In this document: positions 46,027 to 59,915 of the stretch, piece after piece | Layout of the letters: each line of letters opens with the position of its first letter | How positions within the stretch are numbered: position 1 is the stretch's first letter | Assembly: GCF_963921235.1 (NCBI RefSeq) | Contig: NC_086101.1 | Location: forward strand, 86,304,001 to 86,368,000 | DNA: 64,000 nucleotides | Origin: Mobula hypostoma | Taxonomy: Eukaryota | Direction of reading: 5' to 3' | The notes under the pieces: generated by a model | The model's database searches: none | What the model was told of the DNA's origin: nothing | What the model saw: only the letters and a program-made list of their open reading frames with translations | Translations under genes and position numbers: made by a program

Positions 46027-48871
46027 GACAAGTTAGGGAAACATTTAATTGGAGTAAGGGGAAATATGAGGCTACCAGGCAGAAACTTGGAAACATAGAA
46101 ACATAGAAACATAGAAACATAGAAACATAGAAAATAGGTGCAGGAGTAGGCCATTCGGCCCTTCGAGCCTGCACCGCCATTTATTATGATCATGGCTGAT
46201 CCTCCAACTCAGAACCCCGCCCCAGCCTTCCCTCCATACCCCCGACCCCCGTAGCCACAAGGGCCATATCTAACTCCCTCTTAAATATAGCCAATGAACT
46301 GGCCTCAACTGTTTCCTGTGGCAGAGAATTCCACAGATTCACCACTCTCTGTGTGAAGAAGTTTTTCCTAATCTCGGTCCTAAAAGGCTTCCCCTCTATC
46401 CTCAAACTGTGGCCCCTTGTTCTGGACTTCCCCAACATCGGGAACAATCTTCCTGCATCTAGCCTGTCCAATCCCTTTAGGATCTTATATGTTTCAATCA
46501 GATCCCCCCTCAATCTTCTAAATTCTAACGACTACAAGCCCAGTTCATCCAGTCTTTCTTCATATGAAAGTCCTGACATCCCAGGAATCAATCTGGTGAA
46601 CCTTCTTTGTACTCCCTCTATGGCAAGGATTTCTTTCCTCAGATTAGGGGACCAAAACTGCACACAATACTCCAGGTGTGGTCTCACCAAGGCCTTGTAC
46701 AACTGCAGTAGTACCTCCCTGCTCCTGTACTCGAATCCTCTCGCTATAAATGCCAGCATACCATTCACCTTTTTCACCGCCTGCTGTACCTGCATGCCCA
46801 CTTTCAATGACTGGTGTATAATGACATCCAGGTCTCGTTGCACCTCCCCAAAGAAGCATAAATTGGAAACAGATATTCTCAGGGAAGCGTACAGAAGAAG
46901 TGTGGCAAATGTTCAGGGGATATTTGCGTGGGGTTCTGAGTTGGTACGTTTCAATGAGACATGGAAAGGATGGTAGGGTACAAGATCCGCTAGCAGGAAG
47001 GAGCTGAAGAAAGAAATTAGGAGAGCCAGAAGGAGCTATGAGAAGGCCTTGGCAGACAGGATTAAAGAAAACCCCAAGGCATTCTACAAGTATGTGAAGA
47101 GCAAGAGGATAAGACATGAGAGAACAGGACCAATCAAGTGTGGCAGTGGAAAGGTGTGTATGGAACCGGAGGAAATAGCAGAGGTACTTAACGAATACTT
47201 TTTGCTTCAGTATTCACTACGGAAAAGGATCTTGGTGATTGTAGGGATGACTTGCAGTGGACTGAAAAGCTTGAGAATGTAGATACTAAAAAAGAGGATG
47301 TGCTGGAGCTTTTGGAAAGCATCAAGTTGGATAAGTCATTAGGATCGAACGGGATCTACCCCAGGCTACTATGGGAAGCAAGGGAGGGACTGCTGAGCCT
47401 CTGGCAATGATCTTTGCATCATCAATGAGGACAAGAGAGGTTTTGAAGGATTGGAGGTTTGCAGATGTTGTTTCCTTATTCAAGAAAGGAAATAGGGATA
47501 GCCCAGGAAATTATAGGCCAGTGAGTCTTACTTCAGTGGTTGGTAAGTTGATGGAGAACATACTGAGAAGCAGGATTTATGAACATTTGGAGAGGCATAA
47601 TATGATTAGGAATAGTCAGCATGGCTTTGTCAAAGGCAAGTCATGCCTTACGAGTCTGATTGAATTTTTTGAGGATGTGACTAAATACGTTGATGAAGGT
47701 AGAGCCGTAGGTGTAGTGTATATGGATTTTAGTAAGGCATTTGATAAGGTACCCTATACAAGGCTGATTGATATCCAAGGGGACATTGTTTTGTGGATCC
47801 AGAAGTGGTTTGGCCACAGAAGGCAAAGAGTGATTGTAGACAGGTCATATTCTGCATGGAGGTCGGTGACCAGTGGTGTGCCTCAGGGATCTGTTCTGGG
47901 ACCCCTACTCTTTGTGATTTTTATAAATGACCTGGATGAGGAGTGGAGGGATGGGTTAGTAAACTGGCTGATGACACAAAGGTTGGGGGTGTAGTGGATA
48001 GTGTGGAGGGCTGTCAGAGGTTACAACGGGTCATTGATAGGATGAAAACTGGGCTGAGAAGTGGCAGATGGAGTTCAACCCAGATAAGTGTGAGGTGGTT
48101 CATTTTGGTAGGTCAAATATGATGGTAGAATATAGCATTAATGGTAAGACTCTTGTCAGTGTGGAGGATCAGAGGGATCTTGGGGTCCGAGTCCATAGGA
48201 CACTCAAAGCTGCTACGCAGTTTGACTCTGTGGTTAAGAAGGAATATGATGCATTGGTCTTCATCAACCGTGGGATTGAGTTTAAGAGCTGAGAGGTAAT
48301 GTTGCAGCTAAATAGGATCCTGCTCAGACTCCTCTTGGAGTACTGTGTTCAATTCTGGTCGCCTCACTACAGGAAGGACGTTGAAACCATAGAAAGGGTG
48401 CAGAGAAGATTTACAAGGATGTTGTCTGGATTGGGGAGCATGCCTTATGAGAACAGGTTAGAAAACTCGATCTTTTCTCCTTCGAGCGATGGAGGATGAG
48501 AGGTGACCTGATAGAGGTGTATAAGATGATGAGAGGCATTGATTGTGTGGATAGTCAGAGGCTTTTTCCCAGGGCTGAAATGGCTAGCATGAGAGGGCAT
48601 AGTTTTAAGGTGCTTGGAAGTAGGTATGTAGGAGATGTCAGGGGTAAGTTTTTTATGCAGAGAGAGGTGAGTACGTGGAATGGTCTGCCGGCAATGGTGG
48701 TGGAGGTGGAAATAATAGGGTCTTTTAAGAGACTCCTGGATGGCTACATGGAGCTTTGAAAAATAGAGGGCTATGGGTAAAGCCTAGGTCATTCTAAGGT
48801 AGGGACATGTTCGGCACAGCTTTGTGGACCGAAGAGCCTGTATTGTGCTGTAGGTTTTCTATGTTTTTATG
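46027..48871 (+). mobile_element. CR1 LINE (B) ORF2 RT region, frameshifted, interrupted by CR1 (C)
   Basis: FNWSKGKYEATRQKLG|SINWKQIFSGK across the insert; [53 protein letters not shown]; tail tttctatgtttttatg. Confidence 0.92.
46091..46850 (-). mobile_element. Young CR1 (C) 3' fragment with (CATAGAAA)n tail
   Basis: ORFs 46532-46843 and 46190-46513 give the ORF2 C-terminus (LVRPHLEYCVQFWSP); near-identical to 58669-59405. Confidence 0.95.
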
Positions 48872-51196
48872 AATAGCCACAGCATTTTCCCAAAGTCAGG
48901 TCAATGGAATTGTTTAAATTGAGAGGGCAAAGATTTAAAGGAGGCATAACTGGTTTATTTGGATCGAAGAGCTGTCAGAAAAAGTGTTTGGTGTGAATAC
49001 AATTACTGCTTTTAAAAGTCATTTGGACAGGTGTTTGGATAGGAAGAGTTTTCAGGATATGGGTGAAATACAAGCAATTGGATTAGCTCAAAGAGGCATC
49101 TTGTATGGCATAGGCAAGTTGGTCCAAAGAGCCCATTTCTGTGTTGATTTATATTGTGACTCTGATTGCTTCAGTGTTGTTCCCACTATCATAAATTCAA
49201 AGGTGTGTCTATTCACAGAATTGCTTTATCAGTCTACTTGGGATATAACAGTTTTCTATTTTATACTGTTTAGATCCTACTTTAGTTTAAGCTGGTTTTG
49301 CAGCTATTCATTAAAACCTTGAATCAGTTAGTTTAGCTGGATAACCAGAAGATATTTACTTATTGTACTATTAGCTGGTATTGTTTTAGATCAGATACCT
49401 CAGACATATGCTCAGCACATGTTATATAGTCAGAAAAAATATCCTAAAATTAACCCTTCACAACTTATTGTCCTTTGAGGTTTGTTTAAATGGCTATGAG
49501 CATTTGATACCTCTGCGCAAAACCTGTTAAGCAAACGTTGCATCAAGAAATATCATAAATGTGTAATTTTCAAATCCATCTGCTGAGTTGAAAGGCTAAC
49601 CATTAAAACTATGACTATTCAGGTAGCAAGTAAATTAACATAATTTTCTTTAACATTAATAGCAGTATGCTAGATGTTGTTTCCTCATTTAATCCAGAAA
49701 GCAATACAAGGATTTTTATACACAAGTTATTTTATTTTCAGAATGCAGCAGGAAGTTGTAGGAGGAAGATGTTGTACAAAATAAGGGACATCTGCTCCTG
49801 TTCCACTCTAATTATTCATTTAATTATCTGTCATTTTGGGGGTAAAATGATATGTAGGCACAGGTTTCTGTTAGCAAGCTCTGGATAATCAATAAGGTTC
49901 TTTTTTTTTAATTCCTGGGTAAAAGGGATGAAGGATTGAACCTGTGGAAATGTCAGATGAAAAGGCTAAAGATTGAAGCTTGAATGTGTGTACCCATAAA
50001 CATTCAAGCTCTAGAGGACAAGCAAGAGAATATTAAAGCTACAAGAATTTGAAAGACTGCAACTATATGTGTTCTGAATCCATTTGCTTGTCCTTTGTTG
50101 ATGACCTTTTCAGCATCCATAGGCATAAATGTGTAAATATGAATTTACAAATATATAGGAAAAACACATACAATTTTAAGGTTCCTTCACTGAAATCACA
50201 TCAAAGACACAAATAATAATACCAAACACTGCCAGGCCTGGCTGCAAGTCATCTTCAAAGAAAGGTGGCAGTCTGGATGAACTGTTAGCAGCACTATTCT
50301 GTTAGCAACATTATTCTGTGATTCTTTTTGATATTGATTCGTACAGTCAGGCTCCGAACCCTGTGCCTATTCTAATGTAAATGTTTGCTGAGAATATATT
50401 TGTTAATATATATCACCTCTAATAAATAGGGACATACAGGTTTAAATAATAAATAACTTTAATCAAAAACAGCAAAAAATGATATGATTATTAATTGTCA
50501 TGAACTCAGTGCTAAAAGGTTCTTCATCAATCTTCTACTTGCCTCTGTTCATATGTTGTCTCAGAGTGTAACTGAAGAAGGTTACAGAAATAGGGTAAGA
50601 TTTGAAATCAAAAATGTAGTTAATAGAATTGAGTCCTTTTGTAGATTAAGAATTTTGCGGGTTGGCAGTCTTGTTGGTGATGGTTGAAAAACTGAAGTCC
50701 TCATTGCAGTGTAGAAATAAAAGCTATTGGAATATTTTAGTCTAGAAAGAGCAAAATCATACCCGAGGATTTCAGCAGCAGAGCATTTGAAGCAAGGTCA
50801 TGTCATACTGTATGTTATCACAGGTAGATTCACAGTCATCCATGCCATAATTCTTCCCTTTTAAAATGACACAACAAATAAGCCATTAACCATCTGCACG
50901 CAGTAAATTATACCATCAAGTAATTATTTATACATTATACAATTAACTAATTATTTGCAGAGATAGTTTAACCAAATCTTACCATACCCAAAAGCTTTAT
51001 CTTAATCTTGTCTAAAAATGCCGAGGGGAGATTTAACATCCATCTAATTAGTTTATTAACATAATTATCTTCATAACTTTCAAAACATGAATTGAAATAT
51101 ACTTAAACTTTAACACAAATATCAAATCACTATAATCAGAAACAAAAAAAAGATATGATTATTAATTGCATGAACTCAGTGGTAACAGGTTCTTCA

Positions 51197-51384
51197 CCAT
51201 AACCATGAGAAAGTCTGCAAATGCGGCAAATCCAAAGCAACACATACAAAATGTTGGAGGAACTCAGCAGGTCAAGCAGCATCTATGGAAATTAATAAAT
51301 AGTCGACATTTCAGGCTGAAACGTGTTATTCATTTTCAAAGATGCTGCCTGACCTGCTGAGTTCCTCCAGCATTTTGTGTGTGC
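51197..51384. mobile_element. Palindromic Penelope-derived short element
   Basis: Arms acaaaatgttggaggaactcagcaggtcaagcagcatct / agatgctgcctgacctgctgagttcctccagcattttgt; 9-bp TSD ggttcttca (51188-51196 / 51385-51393). Confidence 0.85.
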
Positions 51385-52449
51385 GGTTCTTCATCAGTCT
51401 TCTTCTCACCGCTTCTTACGAATTGTCTCAACTTGGACTTTCTTTTATGGCACTGTGTTCTTAAACCATGTGTTTTCTTCCCTTTTAGCCTTTGCTGTTG
51501 ATCCAAATCTATTGCTGTCCCTTTTGAGCATGTATTTTGGTCTCAATTTTATTCAGAACACTCCACTCCACACTGAAAAAAACATATGATAGACGATTTG
51601 CTTGGAGCTCAAACATCCATTGACCAGATTATGAATGAAATGGTTGAGCCTAAATTTTGCTTGATGCTTCATTTATGCATTGTTATTCTGAATCTGCAAT
51701 TCTCTGAGCTGTTCTGGCATCTAAGGCTGATAAATTAGATGAAGGGAGTTATGGTCCATGTTCTCTTGAAACATCCTTTCTTTCCTCATCCTTTCTTTTG
51801 TTTCCATTAGGCTCTGTCTTCAATTTCATTTTTGTCCTGGTTTTAGAGTGTTGACCTCTGCCCTGAGCAACAAAGAGGTACATCAAGTAGAGGTACTCTC
51901 TCAAAGCTGCAGTGACCAGGATTCAATATTGTCCTCTTGTGCTGTCTAAGTAGAGCCTGCACACTCTCCCTCGGAAACAGGTTCCTGTGTGTTTTGGTAG
52001 GTTAATCAGCCACTGTCCGTTGTCGATGTGTGATTGAACAAGATGGTGATGGTGTAGGTGCAGACTTGGTAAGCTTAAGGGCACATTCCCACACTCCATA
52101 GTTTCCAGTTCTGAGTCCCAGCTTCTGCTTCCAGGATCATCTCCACTCTTGGAGTGAAATTTTGGTTGTAGACCTACCTTGCCTGAAACTTGTGGTTATC
52201 ATCATCATCTCTATTCCTCTAGATCAGTGTTGTCCACTTCCTCATCTACGCTTTCTTTTAGTTCTGGTGCTCACTGATGTGTCTTCATCATCACAGCATA
52301 TTCCCACTCAAGGATAATACTGTGCGCTGGTATCTTTGCACACCTCACCTGGTGTTGTCTGAGATTCTGTTTGGATATCCCCATCCCATGACACTACTGC
52401 CAGAGCTGCACCATAATTAATACTTCAGATTCATGATGGCTTTCAATTT

Positions 52450-52865
52450 TTTAGAGTCAACCCAACTCATCAATGCCAACCAATGTGTCTATCAGAGCTG
52501 GTCCTATTTAACTGCATTAGCCCTTTATCAGTTTAATCCTTTCCTATCCATGCACCTGATGCAACATCTTTTAATCCTTGTAACTGTACCTACCTCTATT
52601 ACTTCCTCTGGCATTTATTCCATTTACCTGCAGCTCTTTGTGGAATAGACGTCACTCACATCCCTTTTAAATCTTTACTCTTGAAACATAAACCTGCTTC
52701 CTCTAGTTTTAGATACCACTTACCCTGGGAGAAAGACAATGATTGATGATCTTGTCTATGATAATCATGATTTTTTGAACCTCTGTAAGGTCACCCCTTA
52801 CCTTCCTTCATTGCAGGGAAAACAGTTGCAGGCTATCTGGTCTCATTTTACAACTCAAACCCTTC
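52450..52865 (-). mobile_element. Degenerate CR1 3' fragment
   Basis: The reverse complement of RGDLTEV.KIM...FSQ..VSKTRG.RF motifs. Confidence 0.6.
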
Positions 52866-52869
52866 AAAC

Positions 52870-54865
52870 TGGTAAATTGGTTTATTATTGTAACATCTAG
52901 CGAGGTAGGGTGAAAGGCAACTTGTCTTGTATTCTGTACTCACAGATCATTTCACTAGAAAACAACAGCAGAATACAGAATAAAGTGAGGCAGTTACAGA
53001 GAAAGAGCATTGTAGGAAGACAAGGTGCAAAGTCAAAAGAAGGTAGATTGACAGGTCAATTGGTGTGGAGGGCAATGTTCCCTCTAAGGTGTGCATGTGT
53101 GCATGTGCATACATCTTTTGCTACTAGTACACAAAGGAATTTAAACTGCGCACAAAAGGTTATCATCTTGTTGGCATGTTAAGTATATTTCACGATCGAA
53201 CACAATCACATTTCCTTTTCCGGTTTCTGATGCAGATGGTGTTGAAGACGTGGAGTTTGCGATGATTTGTTGCAGATTTTAGAACTGGCTTATTTATACC
53301 GGTTTTATTGAAGAAATTATTGATTCACTGTGTCAAATTCCAAAGAAGCAAAGGGTGTGAAGCACAAAAGAACTGCTAGTTCATGTAATGCTGAATGGCT
53401 TATGTAATTAAGTTATGATACTGTGCTGTATACAATGATTTCTAAATAAAATACCTTTCTCAATATTTTATCAACTAGCTTTCTAATTTTATAAGTTTTG
53501 TTTGATCATTTCAAACAACTTTAACATGTAAGTAGATTGATATTATTACATGTTGTCGTACAGTGTATGAGAAATAAGACATATTGATGTAGATTATTAT
53601 ATTTATTTTAAACAATGGACAACAAACGGGACTTGGTAGCTTATTATCCTTAGAATCACTTCAGGTTTACTTCCACTTAATAATTCAGAATGCATATGTT
53701 GTTGTCACTGGGCAAAAAAAATCATTACAAATCAGAGGAAACATTGGGGAGGGGGTCTGTTTAATAGACTTATAATAGTGGGATAGAAGTAGCCTGGTGG
53801 TGCATGCCTTCAGGTTGTTGTACCCTATGCCTAAAGGAAGGAGGGAGAAGAAAGAAGGTCTGTGGTGTGTGGAAGTGTGTGGAACTATGTTGGCTGCTTT
53901 ACCAACACAGAGAGAAGTGTAGACAGAATCTATGGAAGGGAGGTTGATTTCTGCGATGTGCAGAACTCCGTATGTCCATGGCCACAGACACAGCAGTTGC
54001 CATATCAAATTATGATGCATCTAAATAGGATGACTTCCATGGCACATCATTTTTTTTAAAGCTGATGATCAGAGAGTACATGCCAAATTTCTTTAGCTTC
54101 CTGAAGAAGCAGAGGTGTTTGGTGAGCTTTCTAGGCTGTGGAATCTATGTGATAGTACCACGACAGGCTCTTAGTGATATTTATTCTTAGGAACTGGAAG
54201 CCCTCATCATCTGAAAGTTCAAAACACATTTATTAACAAAGTATGTATGTACACATTGTACAAGCTTGAGGTTCATCCCCTTGCAGGCAGCCGCAATCAA
54301 AGAAACCCCAAAAGAACCCATTAAAGAAAAGTCTATCAAACCTTAAATGCACAGAGAAAAAAAAATGCAAACAATAAAAGTAAGCAAATAGCATTCAGAA
54401 CTGAGATTTTACAAAAGACAAGAAGCAAAGCATCATTGTAGCTGCAGTAGGCCACATCACTGAGCAAAGAGCAGATCCAGACAGAGCCTGCCCATCCCTT
54501 GAATCCGGTTCCAACACCCTGACCTTTTCAATTTCACCCAGAAATTTAATTATCCAAACTCTCAGACGGCTCTACAGCCTGGACCCCGCCACCATACTTA
54601 GGCCCATACCCGGCCTTTCCAATTTAGCCCAGCCACAAGAACTTTGTTGCAGACAAGAGCACATCACCATTCTCTTCATGAAATCAATGATCTAATCTTT
54701 TGTTTTTTGACATTGAGGGAAAGTTTGCTGTCATGGAATCACATCAGCATCTGCTTCCTGTACTCCAACTCATTATTTGAGATGCAGCACACTACAGTGG
54801 CATCATGGATCATATCTTAGATGAAGTTAAAACAGGATCTGGCCACACAATTGTAAATGTATAAT
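52870..54865 (-). mobile_element. Rex1/Babar fragment interrupted by a MITE (53073-53746) and the 54215-54640 repeat
   Basis: LPSIDSVYTSLCVGKAANIV...FFSLLPLG..YNNLKACTTRL; pieces at 52870-53072, 53747-54210 and 54660-54865. Confidence 0.65.
53073..53746. mobile_element. Non-autonomous TIR DNA transposon (hAT-like)
   Basis: TIR caatgttccctct / agaggaaacattg; imperfect G-rich TSD gtggaggg / gggagggg. Confidence 0.65.
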
Positions 54866-54869
54866 AATA

Positions 54870-55990
54870 GTAGTAATCAATTATTTGATCCTGAGTGGGA
54901 AATTATTTCATTACAGCAGCAACATTTTAAAACACACTTAGCAAATCATAATACATAATAATAAAAATATTATTATTATTAATAATAAATTACAGAATAA
55001 CAATATACACAATAATGATTTACTAATGTGCAATACTGTGCAATAATAATGTACGAAATAATAAAACAGTGACTATTGTGCTATGATGTGTGTTCTCCTG
55101 TCGCATAGAGATGAACTGTTGTATATGCTTATTGCGCTTGGTAGGAAAGATTTTCTGTAATGATCCTTGTGACAGTGGAGCTAAATGAGCCTGTCTGAAA
55201 GGGTGCTCTGCTGATTATTCAGTAAGTCATGGAGAGGATGTGCTAGATTGTCTATAATGGATGACAGTTTGTTTAGTGACCGTCTTTCCACCACTAGCTC
55301 AAATGAGTCTGGATTGTAGCCAAGAACAGATCCAGCCTTTTTGATGAGTTTACGATGTCATTTTGCATCACCAGCCCTGACGCTGCTACCCCAACATAAA
55401 GCCATAAAGAAGACTGCACCTGCTACAACAGACTGGCAAACAATTTCCAACATTCTGCTGCACAAATTGAAGGATCTCTTTAGAAAACAGAGTCTGCTCA
55501 TACCCTTCTTCTAAACAGCCTCAGTGTTGGTTTTCCAGTCAAGTCTGTTCTTGAGGTGAACACCCAAGTAGTTGTACTCCTCCAGCACTGCAACCTCTTC
55601 TCCCAGAATGTATACAGTACAGGACTTGTCACAGTCCTTTTCCTCCTAAAATCAATCACCATCTCCCTGGTTTCGGCCACATTCAGGAGAAGGAATTCCT
55701 CCTGCACCACTCCACAAACTTGTACACCAGTCCTCTGTACTCTAACTCCTGCCCATCTCTGATACATCCAATCACTGCAGTCATCAGAGAACTTCTGTAC
55801 TGTACTGAAAGTCTGCGGTGTTAACAGAAATGGAGACAGGACAGTATCTTGTGGTGCTTTGCTGCCACTCACCATCATCTCAGACAGCAAAATACCTAGC
55901 CATACAAACAGGGGTCTATCTGTCAGGCAGTTAGTAATCCAGGAGATAGCGGATCTGCCTACATCCATCCTTTGCAGCTTCTCACTCAGA
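54870..55990 (-). mobile_element. Rex1/Babar LINE RT and C-terminal fragment
   Basis: ISWITNCLTDRP.FV...APQDTVLSPFL...KFSDD...LNVAETREMVIDFRRK. Confidence 0.85.
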
Positions 55991-56059
55991 AGAAGTGGCT
56001 GGATGTATTGAAGGCACCAGAGAAATCAAAAAATGCGATTCTCACAATGCCACCAGCAT

Positions 56060-56510
56060 CATCCAGGTGGGAGTAATAATGGTCTTTTTCAGACTGGGCG
56101 GAGATAACTCGCAAAGAACTGCAGGGATGAGTTCTTGGCCACAGTGCTTCACTCTCCACATTAATGACCTAAGGGAAACAATGCTAATGAAACTTTCCAA
56201 TTTTGCTAATACAAAAATAGATGGAGCAGGATGTGATAAAGATGATTCTGCAATGTGATAGAGATAAACTGAGTGGGAAAAGAATTTCAATGTAAGAAGT
56301 TGTGAGTCCATACACTTTAGTCATGCCAATCAAAAGGAAGATTGTTATATAACTGGAGAAAATGCAAGTAAGTGAAGTGCAGAGTGTCCCAGGTACATGA
56401 ATCACAAAAGAGGAGCAGGATGTTCAACCAACTAGTTGAGAAGACAAACAGTATTTTGGCCTCCATTGTAAAGGAAATGGAGTTTATAAGGGAGATTAAA
56501 CATGTCTGCT
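56060..56510 (+). mobile_element. Very degenerate CR1 RT fragment
   Basis: FTLHINDL..SNFANTKI motif. Confidence 0.5.
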
Positions 56511-57712
56511 TTATCTGTATTCTGAGTCTCAGAAGCACATAGGAGGGTAAGGATCAACCCTACTCAAGAGACCTCAGTTTTGTGCTAGGTTTGAAGTGTT
56601 GATGTTCAAACATATTTTTCCCCTTCAGATGGCCAATAGCTAAAGACCTAAGCAATTTTGTGTATTGAGTTAGTTCCCATGACATCTATAGAAGGCTTTA
56701 CAAAATCCGTCAAAAATGCATCAGAAGTAGTGCTATACATTGAATACACCATTCCATGAATTAATTGAGATTGGCTCAGTTTATCTGAGGTAGTTGCATT
56801 CAGAGCTTGTAGGAACTATGCTAGTGCCACACTAAATGTCAGGCACACCTTCAAGAACCTCTCACATGGCAAAGGTTGTTCAGCTGCAGTTGGAGGTGAG
56901 AAGTTCACGTGTAAAATGGGGTGATTTTGAGCATATTTTTCTCCAAACTTTAAACTTTTTCTGGTAAACCCCAGTGGTGTCACTGCATTTTGCATTGTGT
57001 TTTTATCTTCAATATACATGGCCAATTTCAATGTGATTCAGTCCCCTGATGTAGCTTTGGGCTTTGAAATATTTAACACATTGTGAGGTACAAGCTGATC
57101 AATTTGACAGATATTGCTCAATCTTACAATGAGGTGAATAATATAGAACTGTTGCAATCATCCCAAGGACACCGTGATGTTTCAGTATTCATACTGAGCA
57201 ATGTACAATCAGTCCGGCTGCTTCTAACACTGAGGCATCAATGATACAATGGTGGCATTTAATTCACAGCTCTTCACCGATCTGCTGCTGAGTTGGCTCT
57301 TTCTCTGTGCCAAAAAGCAAACAAAGGTTGTAGGTTGTACCTTTATTCTCCAATTTGGCTTAATAATGTGGAACTGGCTGTTATGCACAGAATGAGATCA
57401 GTCCGTGTAGGAGTGATAAATGTCAGCAGTGCTAAGGTGAATTGCATTTGGAAGTGCTCAAGGCAATTTCATGACGACCACTAATTAATCAGTAAGCAAT
57501 TGTAACTTTTACGCATGACTTTTCAAAATAAATACACAAAAGAGCCGAGTATTTGATATTACCTTCAGCCTTTTGTGCTTTTATGTTGCCCTTAATGATT
57601 TCAATAATTTCACTCTTTCGATAACTTTCCCTATTTCAATGTATATTTAACATTGGGCGTTTTAGTCATAGATTCATATAGCATAAAAAACAAGCTCAGT
57701 ATCAGATCAGTG

Positions 57713-58668
57713 CATAGAAACATAGAAACATAGAAAATAGGTGCAGGAGTAGACCATTCGGCCCTTCGAGCCTGCACCACCATTCAATATGATCATGGCT
57801 GATTATCCAACTCAGAACCCTGTACCAGCCTTCCCTCCATACCCCCTGATCCCTTTAGCCACAAGGGCCATATCTAACTCCCTCTTAAATATAGCCAATG
57901 AACTGGCCTCAACTGTTTCCTGTGGCAGAGAATTCCACAGATTCACCACTCTCTGTGTGAAGAAGTTTTTCCTAATCTCAGTCCTAAAAGGCTTCCCCTT
58001 TATCCTCAAACTGTGACCCTTTGTTCTGGACTTCCCCAACATCAGGAACAATCTTCCTGCATCTAGCCTGTCCAATCCCTTTAGGATTTTATACATTTCC
58101 CCCCTCAATCTTCTAAATTCCAACGAGTATAAGCCTAGTCGATCCAGTCTTTCATCATATGAAAGTCCTGCCATCCCAGGAATCAATCTGGTGAACCTTC
58201 TCTGTACTCCCTCTATGGCAAGAATGTCTTTCCTCAGATTAGGGGACCAAAACTGCACACGATACTCCAGGTGTGGTCTCACCAAGACCTTGTACAACTA
58301 CAGTAGTACCTCCCTGTTCCTGTACTCGAATCCTCTTGCTATAAATGCCAGCATACCATTCACCTTTTTCACCATCTGCTGTACCTGCATGCCCACTTTC
58401 AATGAAGGCTGTATAATGACACCCAGGTCTCGTTGCACCTCCCCTTTTCCTAATCGGCCACCATTCAAATAATAATCTATTTTCCTGTTTTTGCCACCGA
58501 AGTGGATAACCTCACATTTACCCACATTAAATTGCATCTGCCATGAATTTGCCCACTCTCCTAACCTATCCAAGTCACCCTGCATCCTCTTAGCATCCTC
58601 CTCACAGCTAACACTGCCGCCCAGCTTCATGACATCCGCAAACTTGGAGATGCTGCATTTAATTCCCT
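57713..58668 (-). mobile_element. Young CR1 3' fragment (copy 1)
   Basis: (CATAGAAA)n tail; ORF2 C-terminus in ORFs 57812-58297 and 58298-58762. Confidence 0.95.
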
Positions 58669-59915
58669 CATAGAAACATAGAAACATAGAAAATAGGTGC
58701 AGGAGTAGGCCATTCGGCCCTTCGAGCCTGCACCGCCATTTATTATGATCATGGCTGATCATCCAACTCAGAACCCAGCCTTCCCTCCATACCCCCTGAC
58801 TCCTGTAGCCACAAGGGCCATATCTAACTCCCTCTTAAACATAGCCAATGAACTGGCCTCAACAGTTTGCTGTGGCAGAGAATTCCACAGATTCACCACT
58901 CTCTGTGTGAAGAATTTTTTTCCTAATCTCGGTCCTAAAAGGCTTCCCCTCTATCCTCAAACTGTGACCCCTCGTTCTGGACCTCCCCAACATCGGGAAC
59001 AATCTTCCCGCATCTAGCCTGTCCAATCCCTTTAGGATCTTATACGTTTCAATCAGATCCCCCCTCAATCTTCTAAATTCCAACGAGTACAAATCTAGTT
59101 CATCCAGTCTTTCTTCATATGAAAGTCCTGACATCCCAGGAATCAATCTGGTGAACCTTCTTTGTACTCCCTCTATGGCAAGGATGTCTTTCCTCAGATT
59201 AGGGGACCAAAACTGCACACAATACTCCAGGTGTGGTCTCACCAAGGCCTTGTACAACTGCAGTAGTACCTCCCTGCTCCTGTACTCGAATCCTCTCGCT
59301 ATAAATGCCAGCATACCGTTCACCTTTTTCACCGCCTGCTGTACCTGCATGCCCACTTTCAATGACTGGTGTATAATGACACCCAGGTCTTGTTGCACCT
59401 CCCCTTTTCCTAATCGGCCACCATTCAGATAATAATCTGTTTTCCTATTTTTGCCACCAAAGTGGATAACTTCACATTTATCCACATTAAATTGCATCTG
59501 CCATGAGTCTGCCCACTCACCCAACCTATCCAAGTCACCCTGCATCCTCTTAGCATCCTCCTCACTGCTAACACTGCCACCCAGCTTCGTGTCATCCGCA
59601 AACTTGGAGATGCTGCATTTAATTCCCTCGTCCAAGTCATTAATATATATTGTAAACAACTGGGGTCCCAGCACTGAGCCTTGCGGTACCCCACTAGTAA
59701 CCGCCTGCCATTCTGAAAAGGTCCCGTTTATTCCCACTCTTTGCTTCCTGTCTGCTAACCAATTCTCCACCCACACCAATACCTTACCCCCAATACCGTG
59801 TGCTTTAACTTTGCACACTAATCTCCTGTGTGGGACCTTGTCAAAAGCCTTTTAAAAATCCAAATATATCACATCCACTGGTTCTCCCCTATCCACTCTA
59901 CTAGTTACATCCTCA
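58669..59915 (-). mobile_element. Young CR1 3' fragment (copy 2) including the RT core
   Basis: 319-aa ORF 58859-59818 with [26 protein letters not shown] and LVRPHLEYCVQFWSP; own CATAGAAA tail at 58669-58692. Confidence 0.96.

Larger units (their letters stand above)
44900..49165 (+). mobile_element. Old CR1 (A), segments ~44900-46027 and ~48871-49165, hosting a solo LTR and CR1 (B)
   Basis: FVIYINDLDENADGVISSFVDDTK on the plus strand; sequence resumes after B at gaatagccacagcattttccc. Confidence 0.7.

Noticed and set aside
46353-46976. 207-aa plus-strand ORF (and similar ORFs at 58191-58472 and 59151-59855)
   Set aside because: Antisense shadows of CR1 ORF2.
58859-59818. Intact reverse transcriptase gene
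   Set aside because: 5'-truncated CR1 without endonuclease, ORF1 or promoter; stop just upstream and a frameshift near the 3' end.
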